Shown here one piece after another: positions 8,523 through 17,721 of a DNA stretch of 36,585 nucleotides. This DNA is from Candidatus Marsarchaeota archaeon (GTDB taxonomy: Archaea > Micrarchaeota > Micrarchaeia > Micrarchaeales > Micrarchaeaceae): NCBI GenBank assembly GCA_023485645.1, contig JAMCZM010000016.1:3210-39794 (forward strand), written 5' to 3'. The notes beneath the pieces are model-generated. The model was not told the DNA's origin. It searched no databases and saw nothing but the letters and a program-made list of their open reading frames with translations. The translations under genes and the position numbers were made by a program. Numbering within the stretch: the stretch's first letter is position 1; every line of letters starts with the position of its first letter.

Positions 8523-10787
8523 TCACTCAGATTTATTTTTTTTCTGTAATTTTTTCTTTTGTGTTGGTTTATCTTTTTTTGTTTTTTTAATTTTGGCTGA
8601 TTTCTTTGTGGCTATATTTTCATTTTGTTTTTTATTTGTTAAATTATTCGTGCCAACATCTATACCTTTGGTGTTGTCGTCTGCATTTTTATTAACTGTA
8701 AGTTTATCAGCTGTAATCAATGCAGGAGCATCATTTTTTTGATATATATTGCCCCATTCTTTTTTAGTTATGCAATTCGGATCAAGATCCATTTTAAACG
8801 GGCGCCTACCCTTTCTTATTACTTTTATAATTGGTGTTTTGCAGTGTTCACATGTTTCTCCCGTAGGCTCTATTTTTGCATTCTGGGGCAATGAATACGT
8901 ATTTGTGCAATTAGGGTAATTAGAACATCCCACAAATGTTTTTCCAGCTTTTGAGCGCCTAATTACAAGCGAGCCATTATCTTTAGGACATATACCTATA
9001 TTACTGCTATCTTTTACTGCAATGCGCATTGCTTCTGATATTTTATCTCTATTTGCGTCAAATGCCTTAAGTGCATCAAGTAGCATTGCCTTGCCTTCAT
9101 CAATAACCTCATCTTCACGTTTGCTGCCTTTGCTTATGCCCTCCATATCCTCTTCAAGTCTTCTTGTTGTTGTTTCTTCAACTATCATACTGCTGTTTGT
9201 TTTAAGCGCATCATAAACACTCATGCCAAATTTGGTTACGCCAAGGCTGCTGCCGCTCACTGTAGATATATAGCCACGTTTCGTGAGCGTATCAATTATT
9301 GCAGCACGTGTTGCTTTTGTTCCAAGCTCATGTCTTTCAAGTTCTGCTATAAGGCCCGCTTTTGTATATCTTTTAGGTGGCTGCGTTACAAGGCTGCGCA
9401 TATCTATATCTGTTCCAAAAATCTTTTCGTTTTTTACAAATTTTGGCAATTCACGCTCCCCAATTTCAACAAAAGGATATGTATCAAGCCATCCTTTATG
9501 TTTAATGCGCGCTCCGTTTGCCACATATAATTCACTGTTAAATTTGGCCGTAACTTTTAGTCTATCCACCTTTGCAGGTTCGCAAAAACAAGAAATAAAA
9601 CGTCTTACAATAATGTCATATAACTTTTTCTCCTCATCAGATAAGCTATTTGGTTCGATACCTGTAGGATATATTGCTGGGTGTGCGTCATCGCTTTTTT
9701 TACCTTCGATGGGCTTAAAGTTGCCTTTTGATATAACCTGTTCTGCGTCTTTTTTATAAGTATTATTTTTTGATAACAATTCTATTATATTTTTAAGTCC
9801 TATAGCTTCAGGAAGCTTTTGGGATGACGTTCTAGGATATGATATATACGAGCGCTCATATAACGATTGGGCAATAGCAAGTGTTCTTGTAGGGTCATAT
9901 CTACATACTCTGCTCGCTTCTATTTGTAAAGCAGTTAAATCAAATGGCGGATATGGATTTATGCTGCGCTCCTCAGCTTCAATATTCTCTATGATCCCAT
10001 TTTCCAATGTGTTTAATGTAATATTATATGCGCTATCTGCATCGTTCTTTTCAAATATGTCTCCACGTTTGTTAAGAAATTCGGCCTCTTTTATTTTTAA
10101 TGCCACTCTCCAAAAATCCTTTGGCACAAAAGCGGATATCTCCAACTCTTTTTTTGCAAGAATTCCCAAAGTGGGCCCCTGAACTCTCCCAATGCTTAAT
10201 GTACCACCTCTGTTTATCTGCCATCCATGCAATGCGCGGGTTAATGCTCTACTAAGATTTATGCCCCATATCCAATCTAATATATGCCGTGCTTCTCCAG
10301 CGTAAAAATTATTCATGTCTATTTCTAAAAGATTCTTATATGATTTAACAAGATCTGTATTTGTAGTAGTTGAAAATTTCATGCGTTTTGCGCTCTCTAC
10401 GCTTAAGTTTCCATAAAATCTTATGATATTTGTGCCTATAACCGTTCCCTCTATGTCGTAGTCGCAGGCATTTATAAACATCTCACATTTTGGCGCAATC
10501 TTCTCTATAACATCAAGATATTTTTTGGTAAAATCTGAGGATTTATTAACTTGGTATGATGGTGCCCATTCAACTTTTAACACCGGGTAATCCCTATTTT
10601 TTTCAGATTGTTTTATTGTAAAAACATGTCCTACTGCCGCAACAACATATATTTTATTCTCTCCATTATCTATTTCGTAGTAGCTTACATTGTTTTTACT
10701 TGATATGCGTTTTGCCCTTCCATCGCTAAGCGCAGCAGCAATTTTCCCTGCAACGCTGGGTTTCTCTGATACAATAAGCGTATTCAT
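8523..10787 (-). CDS. topA: DNA topoisomerase IA (archaeal TopA/Topo III-like) with C-terminal zinc ribbons and a Lys/Asn-rich tail
   Basis: The TOPRIM N-terminus reads LIVSEKPSVAGKIA, with acidic cluster ACDYDIEG. The active-site Tyr context is SYISYPRTSSQ. Cys4 ribbons are CPKDNGSLV..GCSNYPNC and CEHCKTP. The basic tail is KKSAKIKKTKKDKPTQKKKLQKKNKSE. Confidence 0.92.
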   Translation of the reverse strand: MNTLIVSEKPSVAGKIAAALSDGRAKRISSKNNVSYYEIDNGENKIYVVAAVGHVFTIKQSEKNRDYPVLKVEWAPSYQVNKSSDFTKKYLDVIEKIAPKCEMFINACDYDIEGTVIGTNIIRFYGNLSVESAKRMKFSTTTNTDLVKSYKNLLEIDMNNFYAGEARHILDWIWGINLSRALTRALHGWQINRGGTLSIGRVQGPTLGILAKKELEISAFVPKDFWRVALKIKEAEFLNKRGDIFEKNDADSAYNITLNTLENGIIENIEAEERSINPYPPFDLTALQIEASRVCRYDPTRTLAIAQSLYERSYISYPRTSSQKLPEAIGLKNIIELLSKNNTYKKDAEQVISKGNFKPIEGKKSDDAHPAIYPTGIEPNSLSDEEKKLYDIIVRRFISCFCEPAKVDRLKVTAKFNSELYVANGARIKHKGWLDTYPFVEIGERELPKFVKNEKIFGTDIDMRSLVTQPPKRYTKAGLIAELERHELGTKATRAAIIDTLTKRGYISTVSGSSLGVTKFGMSVYDALKTNSSMIVEETTTRRLEEDMEGISKGSKREDEVIDEGKAMLLDALKAFDANRDKISEAMRIAVKDSSNIGICPKDNGSLVIRRSKAGKTFVGCSNYPNCTNTYSLPQNAKIEPTGETCEHCKTPIIKVIRKGRRPFKMDLDPNCITKKEWGNIYQKNDAPALITADKLTVNKNADDNTKGIDVGTNNLTNKKQNENIATKKSAKIKKTKKDKPTQKKKLQKKNKSE

Positions 10788-10803
10788 TTTATCTGCCTAT
10801 AAC

Positions 10804-11061
10804 TTATTTCTTGTTAATTTTTGTATTGGTCGTATGCGCCTTTTTAGGCATAATGCTTTTCTTTATCAAGAAAGGAACTTCAAAATCCTTATTATCAACA
10901 TTTGACAATATCCATCCATTGAGCATGGCTATTATGATTGCTATAATAGCAATCAAATAAAATATAATGCCGCCGCCGAAGACTATAAAAACTATTATTG
11001 TGATTATTGTCAATATCACTGTAAGGGAGGCAAATGATAACTCTATGCTTTTACGATCCAT
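10804..11061 (-). CDS. Possible small 2-TM membrane protein upstream of topA
   Basis: Two strongly hydrophobic helices are present (LTVILTIITIIVFIVFGGGIIFYLIAIIAIIIAML). However, its start overlaps the start region of the divergent gene at 11060, leaving no promoter space. The coding status is uncertain. Confidence 0.3.
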   Translation of the reverse strand: MDRKSIELSFASLTVILTIITIIVFIVFGGGIIFYLIAIIAIIIAMLNGWILSNVDNKDFEVPFLIKKSIMPKKAHTTNTKINKK

Positions 11062-11434
11062 GCAAACACGTGATCAATTGAATATATATTTAGTTATATT
11101 TATAACACTTGTTGCTGCTCTTATAGCTGCGCTGGCGCAGATAATATTTAAAAAAAATATAAAAGGCGAGATAAAAAGCATTAAAGGAATAATAAAACTC
11201 GCAAAGAATCAAATGGTGGTTACAGGCCTGTTCATGTATCTTATTAGTCTTGTTGTTTACCTGTATGCTCTGCATGATGCGCCTCTATCATTTGTATATC
11301 CAACATTTGCGAGTACTTTCATATTTGTTTTTATGTTAAGTGGAATTTTGCTTAAAGAAAAATACCCGGTGCATAGGCTTATCGGGGTGGCCTTAATATT
11401 TGTGGGTATAATTATTGTGGGTATATCATTGTAG
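11060..11434 (+). CDS. Small 4-TM EamA/SMR-fold membrane protein, ArnE/ArnF-like lipid-linked sugar flippase subunit candidate
   Basis: Four hydrophobic helices fit in about 124 aa. I prefer the ATG at 11060 over the tracker start at 10967, whose N-terminal extension is non-hydrophobic and overlaps the opposite-strand ORF. It is paired with a second small 4-TM gene and neighbours GT2 and GT-C genes. Confidence 0.5.
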   Translation: MQTRDQLNIYLVIFITLVAALIAALAQIIFKKNIKGEIKSIKGIIKLAKNQMVVTGLFMYLISLVVYLYALHDAPLSFVYPTFASTFIFVFMLSGILLKEKYPVHRLIGVALIFVGIIIVGISL

Positions 11435-11769
11435 TGATAGAAATGAAAACAAAAACCACTAATATACTTATGCTCATATTTGGCGCACTTATGAGTGCGT
11501 TAGGGCAATTTTTATTTAAGTATGCGTTTTCTTTTTCATCATATACTTTAGATTTGTATTTGCTTTTAGGTGTGTTATTTTATATACTCTCTACAGGAAT
11601 ATATTTTTACGTTCTTAGCAGAACACATTTGACATGGGCATATAGTATAGGTGGTTTGTCATATGTATTTGCCTTCATATTTGCAAACTTTATAGAGCAA
11701 ATACCTATTTTGCGATGGATTGGGCTTGCAGTAATTACTGTGGGTGTATTTCTAATAGGTATGAGCTAG
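11434..11769 (+). CDS. Second small 4-TM EamA/SMR-fold membrane protein (heterodimer partner candidate)
   Basis: The GTG at 11434 overlaps the upstream stop by 1 nt; an alternative ATG lies at 11443. Four hydrophobic helices are present in 111 aa. Confidence 0.5.
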   Translation: MIEMKTKTTNILMLIFGALMSALGQFLFKYAFSFSSYTLDLYLLLGVLFYILSTGIYFYVLSRTHLTWAYSIGGLSYVFAFIFANFIEQIPILRWIGLAVITVGVFLIGMS

Positions 11770-11790
11770 ACTAAAACTTCTTCCAAAAAT

Positions 11791-12855
11791 TTATCTGCTA
11801 AAAATGCTTGGAATATCCCCTACTATAGATTGGTATGCCTCACACGATGTCCAATGTTTAGGGTCCTTTCCATCACTGATAATTTTTTTCGCATCAACTG
11901 CTGCCTTACTATTTAAAATATCCGTTATACTATAATTATTTTCGCGGACATTCCCCAATTTTAAATCCCACATTATAGATGGATACAAATTTCCGTAGCT
12001 ATCAAGAAATACTGATGCCTCAATGCTCCTATTTTTTATCGGTGGAATTCCTGTAGCAGCATATTTAGAAAGATTTTTGAGAAATGTATTTTCAATTATC
12101 TGTATTGCGCTAAATTGACCTTCACGTGCTCTTACTATTTTGGATATTTCTTCAGATACCGCATTTGAATTGGGCGTAATTTGCATATGATCATTTCTAT
12201 AATAATTGCTAGATATTTGGCCAAGGTTTATATGAAAGTCATTATATCTTATTTTTGGAATATCATTTTTTACTGCGTTAAATGTTTCAAAGAATTTTCC
12301 TTGATTCATAGAACTTAATGTGTAACCAAAAACAAAATAAAGATTTTTGTACTTTGTTTTTAATTGCAAAAGACGCTTATACATGTTTATTACTCTGTCA
12401 TAATTGCCATTTACTCCTCTTATTTTATCATGCAGCTCTCTATACCCATCAAGGCTTAATGTTATTGCAAAGCGTGGTATGCCAAGCTTTAATATTTCCT
12501 CTATTTTAGATATTTCCATATCCGCATTACATAACGAGTTTGTAGGCATAGTCATTATGTATAAGCGTTTGGAATTTTTATAAAACGTACGCGCGATATC
12601 AACAATATCATTTCTTAAAAATACCTCTCCGCCAGTAATTTCTATCCATTTAAAGTAATTGTTTTTTTCTGCAATTTTATTTATTTCATCAATTCCCAGT
12701 TCATTTTTAGGTTTTATTTGCCATATATTGCATGTCAAACATCGAGATTGGCATAGGTATGTAATTGAAAAATTTAATTTATAAGGAAGTGATAAGTGTG
12801 TAAAATTGGATTTTAATGCGGTTGCCGCAAGGCCAAGCATTCTTTCAACAGCCAT
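11791..12855 (-). CDS. Radical SAM enzyme
   Basis: A CxxxCxxC cluster motif (CQSRCLTC) lies at 12730-12753 near the N-terminus. It is followed by a GGE-type motif (ITGGEVFL). Confidence 0.8.
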   Translation of the reverse strand: MAVERMLGLAATALKSNFTHLSLPYKLNFSITYLCQSRCLTCNIWQIKPKNELGIDEINKIAEKNNYFKWIEITGGEVFLRNDIVDIARTFYKNSKRLYIMTMPTNSLCNADMEISKIEEILKLGIPRFAITLSLDGYRELHDKIRGVNGNYDRVINMYKRLLQLKTKYKNLYFVFGYTLSSMNQGKFFETFNAVKNDIPKIRYNDFHINLGQISSNYYRNDHMQITPNSNAVSEEISKIVRAREGQFSAIQIIENTFLKNLSKYAATGIPPIKNRSIEASVFLDSYGNLYPSIMWDLKLGNVRENNYSITDILNSKAAVDAKKIISDGKDPKHWTSCEAYQSIVGDIPSIFSR

Positions 12856-12918
12856 AATATCAATTAGTTGTTATTTTCTAATATATTTATACTTTTCTTG
12901 TTTATAAATACTATCAGC

Positions 12919-13593
12919 ATGTCTGAATTGATAAGCATTGTTATACCTACTTTAAATGAGAGTGAAAATATAGCCAAGGCTATAAAAGGAATAAGAAATG
13001 TGTTGAAAGGTTATAAATACGAGATAATAGTGGTTGATGGGCATTCACCAGATAATACTGATAAAATTGCGAAAAAGGCTGGGGCCACAGTAATATACGA
13101 TAGAATAGGCAAAGGCAGCGCGCTAAGGAAAGGATTTGATTATGCTAAAGGCGATATAATAATATCAATGGATGCGGATCTATCTAATGAACCAAAAGAA
13201 TTGAAAATATTAATTGCGGGAATAGAGGCAGGATACGATATATGTATGGGTTCTAGATTTCTTTTAGGCGGGGGTTCTGATGACATGCCATTATTGCGGC
13301 GTTTTGGGAATAGGGCATTTGTTTTGTTAGTTAACTTAATATATGGCGCGAAATATACTGATCTATGTTATGGTTATAGGAGTTTTTCCAAACGTGCAGT
13401 GAAAAAAATGCATCTAAATGAGCGCGGATTCGGAATAGAAACAGAGATAAATATACTTGCGAAAAAGTTTAATATGCATATATTAGAAGTGCCAAGCTAT
13501 GAGAAAAAAAGGGAACATGGCGTTGGCAAGTTGCGCAGTTTTTATGATGGGTATAAAATACTTAAAACGATACTGTCAAATATTTTCAATTAA
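12919..13593 (+). CDS. Family 2 glycosyltransferase, polyprenyl/dolichyl-phosphate sugar synthase-like (Dpm1/ArnC type)
   Basis: Motifs SIVIPTLNESENI, VVDGHSPDNT and the DxD motif MDADLSN are present. I prefer the ATG at 12919 to the tracker's upstream alternative start at 12868. Confidence 0.8.
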   Translation: MSELISIVIPTLNESENIAKAIKGIRNVLKGYKYEIIVVDGHSPDNTDKIAKKAGATVIYDRIGKGSALRKGFDYAKGDIIISMDADLSNEPKELKILIAGIEAGYDICMGSRFLLGGGSDDMPLLRRFGNRAFVLLVNLIYGAKYTDLCYGYRSFSKRAVKKMHLNERGFGIETEINILAKKFNMHILEVPSYEKKREHGVGKLRSFYDGYKILKTILSNIFN

Positions 13594-15325
13594 ATTTATT
13601 TATTTGGTATATGGAGAATCGCTGTGTTGTATAGTTGTCTGTTGCCATAGCTAGTATTGTGGTATTAAATTCGTTTAATGCGCTTTGGCACATACTGCTA
13701 CCCTCTGGTGTATAACACCAAAATCCATAATCTATAACAAGGCATTTGTTATCATTCATGTATGAATTGTACTCGGTTTCATTTATATTTGATAAATAAC
13801 TGAATTGGAGTGAACTTTTATTGTTTATATTAAACAATGTAGGGTCGAAACTGAAAACAAGGCAATCATTTGGTATTTTATTAGAATTATTATATATAAA
13901 ATTCTCATAGAAGCGTGCACTGTTTGCCTGTGTTATATGTGAAGGGCTTATTGCTAAGTTATTGTACATAGAAAGAGTAGAGTAAAATATTAAAATTATA
14001 ATCACAATAAAAGTAGCATATATGACAAATGTGTTTTTTTGTATATGTTTTATTTCTAATATTCTGCCTATAGCAAATCCCCCAAATAAAGAGGCTAGTG
14101 GTATAAGTGCAAGGAAGAAGCGCCAATCTACTCCATATAATATTGAACCTGCATAAAAGGAGGTATATATTAAAAATACGATTATAAACCATATGCCTAA
14201 TGCAAATAACTCCCGCCTATTTTTTAAAAACATTAATGCGGCCCCAATTATTCCAAGTACTGTGAAAAATAATGGTTGCATTATAGGATAGCCATTCATT
14301 GTGCTGTAGCTGTTAAACCAGAATAAAACATTTGCGCATACATTCGCATTAAAATTTGCAAGATCTAGTGCTGCGGTTACGTGCAGTTGGGTATTATATT
14401 TGCTGCAGCTATTTGCTATTTGCGTATTGTTAAATCCATATCCATTATTATATTGGCTTGAAAAATATATTAGCGACGGAACAATGCCAATAATAAATAA
14501 TATAATTAGTATAAAATACCGTAAATCGATGTTAATTTTGAAGATTTTTTTTATATGTAATACATATTTTTTTAGTGTAGGGATAAGAGGTTTTTTGGAT
14601 AATGCCACATAAACTACAAAAAATATTGGTAAATACATGAGTGCATCGATTTTTGTATAAGTAAGCGCGCTAAAAGAAAATAACATAAACGCCCATGTCC
14701 ATATGCTTTTTTTTTCTATTAATAAAAGGAGCGCAAAGAATGTAATAATTGAATAAAGCATCATTACTATATCAGAATTTGTAGGGGCAGCCCATACTAA
14801 GAGCAATGGCGAGAGCGCAAATAATAATTCGCTAAAGAGCGCATATATGGGTTTTTTGAATAATACACTTGCCGCGGCAAAGAGTGCTACTATTGCAATA
14901 GCTCCAATAATTATAAACTCATAAAACGCAACATACCTATTTACGCCAAAAAAAAGAAAGCCTATGGCGAGCAAGAATGATGTTCCTATCGGTTCATGAA
15001 ATATCTGGCCCGATATGCAGTTTGTTGGGCTTCCATAATTACACATCCATGCCTGTCCTGTATGCAATAACATTTGAGCTCCGCCCTGGTATATGACATC
15101 ATCAAAGAATAGCTGCTGTGTGGTTTTTACTACAAATAATTCAATAATTAAAAAGAGCACCATTATTAAAAATGCAAAAATTAGATGCATTCGTTTAATA
15201 CCAATTTTTTTGAATGTATCAATAATCTCTTTTCTTATCACAATTAATGAAATAACTACGCCAAAAAAAGATACAAGCATTCCTATTGTAAAAATATACT
15301 CATCGATTCCCTGAGAAAAAATCAT
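13586..15325 (-). CDS. Polytopic GT-C fold glycosyltransferase (PMT/ArnT-like)
   Basis: The protein has more than 10 hydrophobic helices. An acidic first-loop motif (FFDDVIYQGG) lies after TM2, as in PMT_2/ArnT families. The soluble C-terminal domain has Cys pairs. The start abuts the stop of the upstream carbamoyltransferase (15325/15326). Confidence 0.6.
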   Translation of the reverse strand: MIFSQGIDEYIFTIGMLVSFFGVVISLIVIRKEIIDTFKKIGIKRMHLIFAFLIMVLFLIIELFVVKTTQQLFFDDVIYQGGAQMLLHTGQAWMCNYGSPTNCISGQIFHEPIGTSFLLAIGFLFFGVNRYVAFYEFIIIGAIAIVALFAAASVLFKKPIYALFSELLFALSPLLLVWAAPTNSDIVMMLYSIITFFALLLLIEKKSIWTWAFMLFSFSALTYTKIDALMYLPIFFVVYVALSKKPLIPTLKKYVLHIKKIFKINIDLRYFILIILFIIGIVPSLIYFSSQYNNGYGFNNTQIANSCSKYNTQLHVTAALDLANFNANVCANVLFWFNSYSTMNGYPIMQPLFFTVLGIIGAALMFLKNRRELFALGIWFIIVFLIYTSFYAGSILYGVDWRFFLALIPLASLFGGFAIGRILEIKHIQKNTFVIYATFIVIIILIFYSTLSMYNNLAISPSHITQANSARFYENFIYNNSNKIPNDCLVFSFDPTLFNINNKSSLQFSYLSNINETEYNSYMNDNKCLVIDYGFWCYTPEGSSMCQSALNEFNTTILAMATDNYTTQRFSIYQINKFN

Positions 15326-17032
15326 CTACATTCCCCGTTTATTTATGACCATATAATCATTTATAAACATGTATTTTGTCCTACTTTTTTTCATCATCTC
15401 TAATGCATCCTCTGGAGATCTTACAATCGGATATCCATGTATGTTGAAGCTCGTGTTAAGCACTATACCATTTCCACTATCTTTCTTTATGGCTTTTAAT
15501 ATCTCATTATAATTGGCATTTTCATCACCAACAATCTGCGTTCTTGCAGTCCCATCAACATGTACCACAGATTTTAATTTTGTTTTAAATGCGTCTTTTA
15601 CATCATAAGCCATAGTCATAAATCTATCTATTCCTTTATTATCATACTCTATAATTTTATTCATGTCCTCCTCTAATATAGAGGGTGCAAAAGGTTGAAA
15701 CCATTCTCTTCTTTTTATGTGTATATTTAGCCGCTCTTTTACGTATTCTGAATCTGACGGGGCAATTATACTTCGATTGCCAAGTGCTCGTGGTCCATAC
15801 TCCATTCTACCATTAAATAAGAGCAGATAATTGCCCTTTGACAAAAGTTCTGATGCGTTTTTTGCAGCGCTTTTATGATCTAGTAATTCATAGGAAAATG
15901 AGCGTTCAGATCTTAATATTTTCTCTGTATATTCATTGCTATATTGGTCGCCAAGGTATGCTGATAACTTATAATTAAAATAGCCCTGATTTGTAAATCG
16001 TGTATATAAAGCAGCGCCGAGTGCTATACCTCCATCTCCCATATGTGGAAATACATACCACTGTTTTAGTCCGTCAAGCTTTCTTATCCTCATGTTTGCC
16101 TTAATATTTGAGAATATACCACCAGAGAGTGCAACATTTGGTATACCATACCTATCTATGCAGTTGCTTACGAATTTTGCTAGTGCCGCCTCTGTTAGTT
16201 GTTGTATCATAAATGCAAATTGCTCACGCGGCATAGACCATGCAATACGCATTAACATTTCATATTGTTTTCTTGGGTTATATCGCGCCCTTATCTGTGT
16301 ACCTTCCACTATAAAGAAGTCTATAAATTTATTATCCTTTATCTCAAATGGATATGAATAGTCTGCCATTGCCATAACTTTTCCTTCATCCTCAAGCTCG
16401 CGCATGCCTATTATGTTAGTTGCCTGTTCGAAGAAAATGCCAAGCGAATCCCTTGCGGGTATGCTGATTTTTTTTTCCACATCCCTATTATCTACAATAC
16501 TTATGCTCCCAGAATGTCCATCCCCAACTCCATCCATAGTAATTGCGATATGTTTACTCATATTAGAGGTCATCGAAGCAGTTGCCATATGTGCGTTGTG
16601 GTGTTCGACAATATGCAGTTTGAAATCTTTAAATCCCATATGTTTTAAATAGCTACTAAGTATCATGCTATTTAATTTATTTGATCCTGGCATTATCCCT
16701 ATGCCTGTTGTTGTGTATTTTATTTTGTGCCTTAAATGTTCGAATTGTGGTCTGTGCCCCTTTCTTCTTCTAAATGTATAATAATTTTCTCGTATGCCTG
16801 GAAAGAGCCGTTCAATTGTTTTTGAAAATTCTGTAGTAGTAAAAGCAATATCAGATATATCTCCAATCGGTATGCCTGTTGAGCATAAAGCGGCATTTAT
16901 GGCATTTTTTGGGAAACCTATCTCCAGTTTTCTTCGTGTGTACCTCTCTTCATTTGCGGCGAAGAGTATATTTTCATCATCTATAAGCGCTGCGCCCGCA
17001 TCATGTCCATCCCATATACCTAATATGTACAT
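15326..17032 (-). CDS. Carbamoyltransferase, NodU/CmcH family
   Basis: The N-terminus MYILGIWDGHDAGAALIDD..ILFAANEERYTRRK is typical of the family, as is a length of about 570 aa. The C-terminal region reads VLNTSFNIHGYPIV. Confidence 0.8.
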   Translation of the reverse strand: MYILGIWDGHDAGAALIDDENILFAANEERYTRRKLEIGFPKNAINAALCSTGIPIGDISDIAFTTTEFSKTIERLFPGIRENYYTFRRRKGHRPQFEHLRHKIKYTTTGIGIMPGSNKLNSMILSSYLKHMGFKDFKLHIVEHHNAHMATASMTSNMSKHIAITMDGVGDGHSGSISIVDNRDVEKKISIPARDSLGIFFEQATNIIGMRELEDEGKVMAMADYSYPFEIKDNKFIDFFIVEGTQIRARYNPRKQYEMLMRIAWSMPREQFAFMIQQLTEAALAKFVSNCIDRYGIPNVALSGGIFSNIKANMRIRKLDGLKQWYVFPHMGDGGIALGAALYTRFTNQGYFNYKLSAYLGDQYSNEYTEKILRSERSFSYELLDHKSAAKNASELLSKGNYLLLFNGRMEYGPRALGNRSIIAPSDSEYVKERLNIHIKRREWFQPFAPSILEEDMNKIIEYDNKGIDRFMTMAYDVKDAFKTKLKSVVHVDGTARTQIVGDENANYNEILKAIKKDSGNGIVLNTSFNIHGYPIVRSPEDALEMMKKSRTKYMFINDYMVINKRGM

Positions 17033-17126
17033 AATAAGTAAGTATGTAAAAAAGATATAAAAAGCTAATAAAATAAATTAATAAATTTTAGTTCAATTAT
17101 TATTATATAACGTAAAAAACACAATC

Positions 17127-17134
17127 TTTTTATA
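17127..17134 (+). promoter_or_regulatory. TATA-box candidate for the cluster's first gene
   Basis: TTTTTATA lies 41 nt upstream of the ATG at 17175. GGTG (17165-17168) is a possible SD 7 nt before the ATG. Confidence 0.35.
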
Positions 17135-17174
17135 TTATGTATATTCATAGTATTATGTTAAAACGGTGTTAAAA

Positions 17175-17621
17175 ATGAACTCCAAGAAAAGTTTAACTGC
17201 AAAATTTGCAGTTATTAGTTCGAAATATGGCAAGATTCTAATATCAATGATGATCCTTTTTGGATACATCTCTGGTATTGGTATGTCACAGATAATAATA
17301 GGCGGAACTGGAACACAATCTGGTGTTGGTGGCGCGTTAAATGCAATATGTACAGTATATTCAGATGTTGAAACTGTAATATTCATATTGGGATTAACTC
17401 TGATGATACTGGGTGCGGCGCTATACGCTGGTTCTCATGTGATGCCTAGCCAATCAAAGGGTTCCCTACAAGGTTATGGAATGGGTATGATATTAGGAGG
17501 CGTAGTGGGTGTTATAATAGCTCTCTTAGCTCCATACATACTACAGTTGATAACAGGGCAGACTGCAGCGCAGATAACAGCACAATGCGGTAATATCGGA
17601 GGATTGCTGAGTGGATTTTAG
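17175..17621 (+). CDS. Small secreted two-helix hydrophobic protein, VirB2/TrbC/CedA1/TedC-like pilin candidate
   Basis: A basic N-terminus plus hydrophobic leader (KILISMMILFGYISGIGMS) is followed by a Gly-rich segment. Two long hydrophobic helices (VIFILGLTLMILGAALYAG and GMGMILGGVVGVIIALLAPYILQLI) are joined by a short polar loop (SHVMPSQSKGSLQGY). It is the first gene of the VirB4-containing cluster. The ATG at 17175 is preferred to the GTG at 17166. Confidence 0.5.
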   Translation: MNSKKSLTAKFAVISSKYGKILISMMILFGYISGIGMSQIIIGGTGTQSGVGGALNAICTVYSDVETVIFILGLTLMILGAALYAGSHVMPSQSKGSLQGYGMGMILGGVVGVIIALLAPYILQLITGQTAAQITAQCGNIGGLLSGF

Positions 17622-17644
17622 TCCATTCGGCATCTGATAAACTC

Positions 17645-17659
17645 TTTTTCATTTTTTTT
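17645..17659 (+). terminator. Oligo-T tracts (T5 and T8) downstream of the pilin-candidate gene
   Basis: ctTTTTTcaTTTTTTTTa lies 24-38 nt after the stop at 17621. Archaeal termination typically uses oligo-T runs. Confidence 0.4.
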
Positions 17660-17672
17660 ATTATTAATATTC

Positions 17673-17680
17673 TTTTTATA
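17673..17680 (+). promoter_or_regulatory. TATA-box candidate upstream of 17722
   Basis: TTTTTATA lies 42 nt upstream of the GTG at 17722. Confidence 0.3.
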
Positions 17681-17721
17681 TCTTTAGATTGAATCTATCT
17701 TAGTGCAACTGTTGTGATAAC

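Noticed and set aside
9022-10182. Several + strand ORFs (9022-9216, 9283-9759, 9330-9530, 9961-10182) opposite topA
   Set aside because: They are antisense to a gene with unambiguous topoisomerase IA motifs and have no motifs of their own.
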